Assembly (NCBI RefSeq): GCF_003945235.1
Contig: NZ_RSDW01000001.1
Location: 1,380,001-1,412,000, forward strand
DNA from: Edaphobacter aggregans
GTDB taxonomy: Bacteria; Acidobacteriota; Terriglobia; Terriglobales; Acidobacteriaceae
DNA length: 32,000 nt
Reading direction: 5' to 3'
Part shown: piece by piece, positions 25,171-32,000 of the stretch
Layout: each line of letters opens with the position of its first letter
Numbering within the stretch: position 1 is the first letter of the stretch
Notes under the pieces: model-generated
The model's input: only the letters and a program-made list of their open reading frames with translations
Databases searched by the model: none
Told to the model about the DNA's origin: nothing
Position numbers and translations under genes: made by a program

Positions 25171-26286
25171 ATGTCGAGAGAAGATCAAAGGCAGTTCTCT
25201 AGCCTTGAGACGCTGCGATTCTTTGCGAGCCTAATCATTGTAGCTTTTCACTACACATTCTATATTTTTCGACATGATTTGTTTAAAGGTTATCTGGCTG
25301 TCGACTTGTTTTTTGTTCTCTCAGGTTTCGTCATCACTTTAGCTTATCAGGCACGGATTCATAGTACGAGATCGTATGGCGTCTTTATCAAGAAGCGTAT
25401 TGCCCGGCTCTACCCGCTCCATCTGTTGACGCTTTTGCTGTACCTAGCGATTGCTCTCGCTGCAACTCACGGCATGGTGCGTGTAGACAATCCGGCAAAA
25501 TATAACCTGCATGAGTTCTTCGCCAATCTCACCCTTACTCACGCGTGGGGCTTCGCCCATGGCTTTTCTTTCAACGTCGTGAGTTGGTCAATCAGTGCGG
25601 AATTTGCAGCGTATCTCTTGTTTCCTCTTATATTATGGCTTATGAGCCGCGGGCTAATCGCTGGCATCATTATTCTTTCTATTATTTACTCTTCCGCATT
25701 TCTATTCTCCATATACATAATGCATCTTCCGCTTACTAAGCTGGACTGGCAGTTCGGAATCGCAAGGGCTATTCCTGGTTTTGCTTTGGGTGTATGGCTT
25801 AGATTATACTTACCGCTTTTTTCGTCTAAGTTACCAAAACCAGCAGCTATATGGCTCTTTTATTTTTCGCTATTCTTATTCACGAGTTGCATACTCTTTT
25901 CGCTCAATGACTATCTTGGCATGGCCTCTGCGTCTGCATTAGTAATGTTCGCGGCGATCAACGACAGCATGGGCCAGTCGCACATTATTTCGCATCCAAT
26001 TCTTAGCCAGCGTGGCGAGCTGACATACAGCCTTTACATGGTTCATCCATTGGTGGCATCCGTTTTTATCGCTGGTATTTTTTTGCGAATATTCGGAGAT
26101 TCAATGATAGCTGTCTACGGGTCAATCTTTGTAGCTTTTGCAATCGCTCTCGTCCTTTCTACGCTCTGCCATAAGTATTTCGAACTCCCCCTACAGCGAT
26201 TGGTCTTACAGCTAGGTCAGAAAAAATCTGTATCTGCGCTGCCCGTCACTTCATCATCTGAATTGCCAGCACCGGATCGAGTATAG
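25171..26286 (+). CDS. Acyltransferase family 3 membrane protein (probable polysaccharide O-acetyltransferase)
   Basis: N-terminal signature is LETLRFFASLIIVAFHY ... LAVDLFFVLSGFVIT, with about 10 TM segments. ATG 25171 is chosen because GGGAGAAGG lies 5 nt upstream; the ORF opens at 25144. Confidence 0.85.
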   Translation: MSREDQRQFSSLETLRFFASLIIVAFHYTFYIFRHDLFKGYLAVDLFFVLSGFVITLAYQARIHSTRSYGVFIKKRIARLYPLHLLTLLLYLAIALAATHGMVRVDNPAKYNLHEFFANLTLTHAWGFAHGFSFNVVSWSISAEFAAYLLFPLILWLMSRGLIAGIIILSIIYSSAFLFSIYIMHLPLTKLDWQFGIARAIPGFALGVWLRLYLPLFSSKLPKPAAIWLFYFSLFLFTSCILFSLNDYLGMASASALVMFAAINDSMGQSHIISHPILSQRGELTYSLYMVHPLVASVFIAGIFLRIFGDSMIAVYGSIFVAFAIALVLSTLCHKYFELPLQRLVLQLGQKKSVSALPVTSSSELPAPDRV

Positions 26287-26307
26287 CTCGTAGCTTAGCG
26301 AAGTTCT

Positions 26308-27528
26308 TTATGGATGGACCGTGCTGGTTGATGCAATTACTTTTCCATACAACTGCTCAGCTTCTTTGGCTCGAATGTTCCAGGTCATTGTGCGCGCAAA
26401 CGTCCAGCCTTCAGTCGACATCTTAGTGCGTTCCGAGCCGGGCAGCTTGGCGTAGCACTCCACAGCCATCGCCACATCTTTCACGATCTTACTGGGAGTA
26501 GAGAGCGGAACCTTAATTCCTGCAGCGTCAGGAACCAGATCTCGTGCCCCGTGTAAGTCCAGAGTAATCACCGGCAACCCGAGAGCCATCGATTCCAACA
26601 ATTGGCAGGCACATGAATCTCGCAAACTAGTAAACAGCATGGCGTCATGTTCTAGATAAGCTGCCCTCACATCCGCCCACGGGAGTCTTTTTCCCGCCCA
26701 GATCACTCGCTCATTTACACCTCTATCCTTGATCATCTGTCTTAGTAATTCGCTGTCAATTCCATTGCCGACGATCGTGAGAGTACTGGGGTAGTGCACG
26801 TTAGCCAAGATATCCAAGGTCAATGTTAGAGCTTTGCGCGGCAGCATGGTTCCTACCCATAGCAAACGGAGTGGCTTTGGCTGATCATCAAAAATTCGCG
26901 GCTCAGACGCTAAAAAGCTTTCCGGCAAAGCCGCATCAAATTGGAGTTTGGCATCGGCTCCCATTGAATGGATAAGCTCAAGCGTATCCCGATTTGTGGC
27001 TAAAATTGCACTCATCTTACGCAACCAAATGCGATGGAGCGGTGAATACGGAAGTGCCTTCGTTATCATGGTTCGGAATTGCTCCGCTCTCTTAGCCACA
27101 CCGAAGTGCTTAAGCATGCTCGATGGAGCCGTTTGCCCCCCACCAACCGGACCAAATATGACTGGAATGCCCACTCTCCATAGTTGCGACGGAACATGGA
27201 TGCTTCCATAGGTAACGTGATGGACGATATCAAATCGTTCTGTCTCCTGCAGCGATCTGGCTACCTTAACCGCACACCACTGCCACAGCGCATAGTGCAT
27301 TCCGCTGCATTCTTTAAACCTCTTGGTTGGCAATTCTACGTAGGAGAACCGAATTCTTGAGTTCGGATGATCACGACTATACTCTTCAATCCTCTCCCTC
27401 CCTTCTACTACCGTAAGCACGTGTACATCTATACCGCGCTCAGCTAGATGAACCGCCCAGTTCCAGCCATTTCCAGGCTCCGTGCCCGCATTTGGCAGGC
27501 AGGCATACGCTGAAAGCAAAACTCTCAC
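26308..27528 (-). CDS. Glycosyltransferase family 4 (GT-B fold)
   Basis: N-terminus is MRVLLSAYACLPNAGTEPGNGWNWAVHLAERGIDVHVLT. The C-terminal Glycos_transf_1-like region is MLFTSLRDSCACQLLESMALGLPVITLDLHGARDLV. GTG start with AAGGGGG 7 nt upstream. Confidence 0.85.
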   Translation of the reverse strand: MRVLLSAYACLPNAGTEPGNGWNWAVHLAERGIDVHVLTVVEGRERIEEYSRDHPNSRIRFSYVELPTKRFKECSGMHYALWQWCAVKVARSLQETERFDIVHHVTYGSIHVPSQLWRVGIPVIFGPVGGGQTAPSSMLKHFGVAKRAEQFRTMITKALPYSPLHRIWLRKMSAILATNRDTLELIHSMGADAKLQFDAALPESFLASEPRIFDDQPKPLRLLWVGTMLPRKALTLTLDILANVHYPSTLTIVGNGIDSELLRQMIKDRGVNERVIWAGKRLPWADVRAAYLEHDAMLFTSLRDSCACQLLESMALGLPVITLDLHGARDLVPDAAGIKVPLSTPSKIVKDVAMAVECYAKLPGSERTKMSTEGWTFARTMTWNIRAKEAEQLYGKVIASTSTVHP

Positions 27529-27568
27529 AGCAATCCCCCTTCGTACAGTGGTTCCTATCGATTGATTC

Positions 27569-28897
27569 TCATAGCATTGGCATCTCTATCTTCGAATTGT
27601 GTATCTGCTTTAGTCCACTGAGCTTTGCAACTAGGGAACTGATTAGGATGACTTGAAAGATAATCTGGGTCGCGATGGAGCCAATAATAACGCCGCTCAA
27701 TCCAAACCATTTCACAAAAGGTACTGCAAAGATGATTGAGAAGACCGTCATGACACAATATGACCAAAAAATTGGCGCAGTGAATTCGAGTGCTTGAAGC
27801 GATGCCCTAAGGGGGCCCCCTAGAAATGCTAATAGATAGAGAAACCCATAGAGTCTCAAGAGATGCCCATACTGGAGGTATTTTGTGCCGTACGCCAGTT
27901 GCAACCAGAAGTTCGGTGCTACACCGATCATCAGCACGAATAGTCCGGTGATTGTTCCCCATACGGCTATGATTCTCATGATGTACTTCTCTGCTGCATG
28001 GATGCCATTGTTGTGCAGAATACGGGCTGTCTCTGCCGGGACCACGTTCTCTAGACCAAGAAACCAAATGTGAGCGACTCCAACAATGTTCTGCGCCGAG
28101 CGCAGAGCGCCGGCCGCCACAGCGCCGAAGTAGATGGGAGCAGCCATCAAAAAAAGATAGCTGGAAGTCCACTCCATCATCCCCGAGGGAACAAGCCATC
28201 GGGAGAACTTCCAATGCTGTGAAATTACGGAGCGGAGTTTGCCGCCACTATATGAAATTCTTTCAAGCCAGACAATGCCAGCTACGATACCAAACACAGA
28301 TGTAAAGGCAATGGTCCATAGCGCACGAGGAGTTGTTAGTCGACCAGCCTTAGCAAATAAGACAATGATCAACAGCTGCGGAACGTAACTCATCGCGTCA
28401 TTAAGAAAGGCTCGGCGGCGCTGTTTTGTTGCAAACAAATAACGGCGAAAGAAGTCTTGAACAAGATACGCAAAGACCGTAGCAGACAAAGGCCAGGAGA
28501 GTTGATTCAGATCCGGTTGGCGGAAATAAATTGCAACAGCATGAACCGCTAGATTAATGCCCGCAAAACTCAGGATCGCAAGGCACAACTGCTGGATCAC
28601 GACCGCGCCAAAATAATGAGGCCTGTTATCATCCGTTGTTTTCGGGCCGATGCTCATCATTGGCGCGACAACAAGCGCATTCTGAATGCTATTCACAAAA
28701 AGGAGCGCCAACCATGACAAGGCGAAGACCCCATATTGGGTTACTCCGAGAGCTCGTGCGATTACAACATTTGTCAGAAAGTTTGTAGCGCTAACAACTG
28801 CTTGATCAGCGAGGGCCCAAATCTCTCTTCCACCTAACTGACTTTTAAATCGTGACCTCCGCAGATTAGTCAGATGCGCCCCCGTGCGGAGTATCAA
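27569..28897 (-). CDS. Oligosaccharide flippase (Wzx-like, MOP/polysaccharide biosynthesis protein family)
   Basis: About 12-14 TM segments. N-terminus ALADQAVVSATNFLTNVVIARALGVTQYGVFALSW is typical of Wzx/RfbX-type flippases. The start overlaps the upstream GT26 gene by 32 nt and there is no alternative ATG. Confidence 0.85.
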   Translation of the reverse strand: MILRTGAHLTNLRRSRFKSQLGGREIWALADQAVVSATNFLTNVVIARALGVTQYGVFALSWLALLFVNSIQNALVVAPMMSIGPKTTDDNRPHYFGAVVIQQLCLAILSFAGINLAVHAVAIYFRQPDLNQLSWPLSATVFAYLVQDFFRRYLFATKQRRRAFLNDAMSYVPQLLIIVLFAKAGRLTTPRALWTIAFTSVFGIVAGIVWLERISYSGGKLRSVISQHWKFSRWLVPSGMMEWTSSYLFLMAAPIYFGAVAAGALRSAQNIVGVAHIWFLGLENVVPAETARILHNNGIHAAEKYIMRIIAVWGTITGLFVLMIGVAPNFWLQLAYGTKYLQYGHLLRLYGFLYLLAFLGGPLRASLQALEFTAPIFWSYCVMTVFSIIFAVPFVKWFGLSGVIIGSIATQIIFQVILISSLVAKLSGLKQIHNSKIEMPML

Positions 28898-29681
28898 GAT
28901 TCAAACGGTTAGTAATTTCCCCTCCAGGCTCACGCCGTACCGTTGTACGACCAGTGAGCAGTTGCCAAATGAAAAGGAGGACGAAGCGGGGATTGTTTTT
29001 GAGATAACGCCGAGCCAGTCTTCGCGGCTCCGTAGCAAAACGGAATATCCACTCCAAGCCATAATTCATCATCCACCTGGGCGCCTGCGGCTTGATGCCA
29101 GCAATAAAATCAAAGGCCGCACCTACCCCGAACATGACCACCGGGATCTTCTCACGATGCTCAATCATCCACCTCTCTTGCTTTGGACAACCCAAGCCCA
29201 CAAAAAGAATACGTGCACCGGAACGGGCGATCTGCTCGACCGCCTCGTCGTCTTCGTCTGGAGTTAATGGCCGAAACGGAGGAGACATCGCGAAGGGAAT
29301 TTGCAGTAACGGATAGTCGCGTCGCACAACTCCCAGTAGAGCCTCTAAAACCTCTGGAGATCCCCCGTAGAAACCTACCGGCACTCCTCTTTCCTCGGCG
29401 CTCTTTAGCATGGCGATTGTACAGTCAGGACCATACACTCGGGATGCTTCAGTCTTACCTAACAGTCTAAGAGCCCAGACCAGCGGGACTCCATCGGGAC
29501 TAACTATGTCTGCTTGGCTCAAACAGTCGCGGTAAGCCGGACTATCCACTGCTTCCATCAATACATGAACATTGGCAAAGACGAGCACACGAGAGTCGTA
29601 TGACCTAGCCCACTCAAGACTCTTTGCAACTACAGATCCGTAATTGCTTGCAGAAACGTGTATCCCGAGAATGCTCGTCAT
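28866..29681 (-). CDS. WecB/TagA/CpsF family glycosyltransferase (GT26)
   Basis: Family-typical order: VLVFANVHVLMEA ... ADIVSPDGVPLVWALRLLG ... GFYGGSPEVLEAL ... ILFVGLGCPKQERWM ... GVGAAFDFIAG. Confidence 0.85.
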   Translation of the reverse strand: MTSILGIHVSASNYGSVVAKSLEWARSYDSRVLVFANVHVLMEAVDSPAYRDCLSQADIVSPDGVPLVWALRLLGKTEASRVYGPDCTIAMLKSAEERGVPVGFYGGSPEVLEALLGVVRRDYPLLQIPFAMSPPFRPLTPDEDDEAVEQIARSGARILFVGLGCPKQERWMIEHREKIPVVMFGVGAAFDFIAGIKPQAPRWMMNYGLEWIFRFATEPRRLARRYLKNNPRFVLLFIWQLLTGRTTVRREPGGEITNRLNLDTPHGGASD

Positions 29682-29891
29682 GCCTTGTACTCCGATATGC
29701 AGTCGCAGAAGAGGGTAAGTAGTGCGAATCTCGGCAAAGTTGCGGATCTCTGAACCATACTGCCACCTCGTATGTTAAAACCCGCAATGCATTAGTCACA
29801 AGGGAGCTAACTTCCTAGCACCTTCTTCTCCCTGCCCAATGAACGAAAAACCTCTGGGAAGACACCACGGCAGAAAGCGAATCCAGGAGCT

Positions 29892-31115
29892 CTATGACCA
29901 ATTTTGAGAAGGCGAAATTTCCGCGACTTCATTCTCGTCAGCGTTTTCCACTGGAACGTGATCCAGCTCAATCCCTCCTCTAAATATCTGATCGAGACGA
30001 CGATAGGTCTCTTCCATCTTGAACATTTCAATAAAATGCTGGCGGCTTTTACGACCCATATCCAGCCTCAACCTCTCATCAGACATCACACGTTCCAATG
30101 CGCGAGCGAGATCAACCTCATCGCCCGGAGTGAAAAGCAACCCTGTCTTCTGGTCGATAATTTGTTCCGGTATTCCACCACACCGACTGCCGACCACCGG
30201 GGTCCCCGCGGCCATGGACTCCATCACTACACAGCCAAACGGCTCCGGCTGGACGGACGGTACAACAGTCACATCAAAGCCTGCGTAAAGAGGTCTCGGG
30301 TCCTCCACATCACCTGTCAAGATCACATAATCATCCAACTGCAACTCATGGATGAGTTCACGCAAACGCACTAAGTGATCCTTGTTCCCCGACTCCGCGC
30401 TACCGACGATTACATATCTGGAATTTGGAAATTTATCTCGGAGAAGCGCAGCCGCCTTTACCAGGACTTCCTGCCCCTTTCGTACAAACTTGATTCTTCC
30501 AACCACCCCGACCAGTAGATACGAGTCACCGATACTCGATCGAAAGCTGGCTACTTCATCATCGTTAACAGTCATTGCATCTTCCCCAAGACCGTCATAA
30601 ACGATTCTGCAGCGGCCTTGAAGCCCCATCGCGAACTGGTTCTGCACTGTACGAGAAATCGTGATTACCTTGGTAGAAAGCAAGCACATATAGTACTGGT
30701 ATACCCTCCACACAGATGGGAACTCGGAGAGGAACTCTCGAATGTGCCACATGTGTCTTCGACCTGTCAGTTTCGCCGCAAGGGCTGGCGAAGGAAGTAC
30801 CCCGGTGTTTGTGTGAACAAGATCCACGTTAAGCCGCAAAATCAACAGAGCTAGCCACAGCGTCGACAGTGGATACCTGCACAACAGCATTAGCTTGCCT
30901 GCGAATGAAGCATATTGAGCCCTCTCGATAATGGCCAGCTTTTTGTGAATATGAACCTTAATACCCTTGTCTTCCAAGAGACCGACGAGCGGCCCGGTGC
31001 ATGGCACAACCACGTGTACTTCGTGCCCAGCCTTAGCAAACAGCTCCATCATCCTCAATAGGCAGCGGCTCGCTCCGTAAATATCCGCAGAGTTGTTAAC
31101 GGAAAGTATGATCAT
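29892..31115 (-). CDS. Glycosyltransferase family 4 (GT-B fold)
   Basis: N-terminus is MIILSVNNSADIYGASRCLLRMMELFAKAGHEVHVVV. The C-terminal E-x7-E-type motif is VQPEPFGCVVMESMAAGTPVVGSRCGGIPEQI. Confidence 0.9.
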   Translation of the reverse strand: MIILSVNNSADIYGASRCLLRMMELFAKAGHEVHVVVPCTGPLVGLLEDKGIKVHIHKKLAIIERAQYASFAGKLMLLCRYPLSTLWLALLILRLNVDLVHTNTGVLPSPALAAKLTGRRHMWHIREFLSEFPSVWRVYQYYMCLLSTKVITISRTVQNQFAMGLQGRCRIVYDGLGEDAMTVNDDEVASFRSSIGDSYLLVGVVGRIKFVRKGQEVLVKAAALLRDKFPNSRYVIVGSAESGNKDHLVRLRELIHELQLDDYVILTGDVEDPRPLYAGFDVTVVPSVQPEPFGCVVMESMAAGTPVVGSRCGGIPEQIIDQKTGLLFTPGDEVDLARALERVMSDERLRLDMGRKSRQHFIEMFKMEETYRRLDQIFRGGIELDHVPVENADENEVAEISPSQNWS

Positions 31116-31311
31116 CGTCGCCTTTTAGCCCTAAGCAATCAGGGGATTTGCGTATTCCCTGTACTGTCTGTCCTCAACGATGGAGCGGACTTCTAATCGT
31201 GAAGTATATGGGCTCGAAATTTCATCGTGCAATCACTCTTTGAACTCTGGACATCCTTCTTATTCCCCACGAGGCCATCCTTCCCCTTTTAGATGCATGT
31301 CTTTGCCTCCA

Positions 31312-31340
31312 TTGACAAGAGTCTTTTGCTATCGGACAAT
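31312..31340 (+). promoter_or_regulatory. Sigma70-like promoter motif (TTGACA-N17-GACAAT) upstream of the epimerase gene
   Basis: TTGACA at 31312-31317 and GACAAT at 31335-31340, about 85 nt upstream of ATG 31426, in the 310-bp divergent intergenic region. Confidence 0.3.
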
Positions 31341-31425
31341 GCCTGTGTATTCAACTTTTCACTCAAGTTATCAGGTCGAATTTGAACCGACCTTATGAAG
31401 GTTTTCAAGCCTGGAGGGGTCAATT

Positions 31426-32000
31426 ATGGATAGAGTTGCTGTTACAGGTGGCAGCGGCTTTATCGGGACGAATCTCATTGAGTTCCTGTCCTTGCGGAGT
31501 GATATAGAAATTCTTAACTTAGATATCAAGCCACCACAAGAAGCGTCAGGTAAAAAGTACTGGACAAAATGCGATCTTCTGAATCCTGAAGATATATATA
31601 GGAACCTGCGTGAATTCCGGCCAAACAAAGTTGTACATCTTGGCGGAAGAACTGACATGCTGGGCACGACACTCCAGGATTATGCTGCAAATCACATCGG
31701 CACAGCGAATCTGATATCGGCGCTTCAGCAGATTTCGGCTGTAGAACGCGTTATATTCACCTCGACCCAGTTTGTCGTAGGTCCTGGTCCGCTCCCTCTT
31801 CACGATCTGGACTTTCGCCCCCACACTGTTTACGGGCAAAGCAAGGTTGAGTCGGAGAAGACTGTACGCGGAGCAGATCTTGATTGCATTTGGACTATCA
31901 TTCGACCGACAAATATCTGGGGGAAGGGACATCCTCGCTACCCCTATGAATTCTGGCGCGTACTAAAACAGGGCCGTTATTTCCATCCAGGCGGGAAGCG
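31426..32000 (+). CDS. NAD-dependent epimerase/dehydratase (extended SDR), N-terminal part; continues beyond window
   Basis: Not in the ORF track because it runs off the window; translated by hand. It begins MDRVAVTGGSGFIGTNLIEFL (GxxGxxG Rossmann motif) and contains STQFVVG and YGQSK (the YxxxK catalytic motif). GGAGGGG SD lies 6 nt upstream. Confidence 0.85.
   Translation, partial: MDRVAVTGGSGFIGTNLIEFLSLRSDIEILNLDIKPPQEASGKKYWTKCDLLNPEDIYRNLREFRPNKVVHLGGRTDMLGTTLQDYAANHIGTANLISALQQISAVERVIFTSTQFVVGPGPLPLHDLDFRPHTVYGQSKVESEKTVRGADLDCIWTIIRPTNIWGKGHPRYPYEFWRVLKQGRYFHPGGK

Noticed and set aside
31180-31398. 72-aa ORF in the divergent region between GT4 and the epimerase
   Set aside because: It has no SD and Ser/Pro/His-rich composition, and it overlaps the promoter-like motif and 5' UTR of the epimerase gene.
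1-32000. Search for CRISPR arrays, transposases/integrases, prophage genes, toxin-antitoxin or known defence modules
   Set aside because: No regularly spaced direct repeats were seen. No ORF has DDE, tyrosine/serine recombinase, nuclease-helicase or typical toxin motifs. Every large ORF is accounted for by housekeeping, envelope or polysaccharide functions, so I do not claim a novel defence or mobile system here.

Overview
GC-rich bacterial chromosomal segment. Spot counts give about 60-65% GC in the left 18 kb. The gene content (MacB-type orphan permeases, ECF sigma/ZAS pair, large Wzx/Wzy polysaccharide locus) is consistent with an Acidobacteriota-like soil bacterium, but that is inference only. 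I support 24 protein-coding genes (one apparently frameshifted), one tRNA-Leu(UAA), two rho-independent terminators and a few promoter-like sites.

Left part (1-18.3 kb):
- a partial heme-oxygenase-like gene and the tRNA-Leu
- two tandem MacB/FtsX permeases
- a small Cys-rich ORF
- an Slt70-like lytic transglycosylase
- an ECF sigma plus a minimal zinc anti-sigma, followed by a GT-C-like membrane protein
- a minus-strand block: DUF2252, FAD oxidase, aldehyde dehydrogenase, DUF779
- a frameshifted DUF202 gene
- a secreted protein with a predicted beta-barrel
- a LuxR-type regulator with a degenerate receiver

Right part (18.3-32 kb) is a Wzx/Wzy-dependent exopolysaccharide locus of visibly lower GC. 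It encodes an initiating phosphoglycosyl transferase, a PCP/BY-kinase, a Wza-like exporter, a Wzy-like polymerase, an acyltransferase, two GT4 enzymes, a GT26 enzyme, a Wzx flippase and an epimerase.

I found no CRISPR array, transposase, integrase, phage gene or recognisable defence/toxin module. I cannot honestly point to a clearly novel multi-gene system. The most unusual items are:
- the ATPase-less permease pair
- the small Cys-rich ORF flanked by convergent promoter-like sites, with a perfect 21-bp palindrome nearby
- the frameshifted DUF202 gene
- the pseudo-receiver regulator next to a compositionally distinct EPS island
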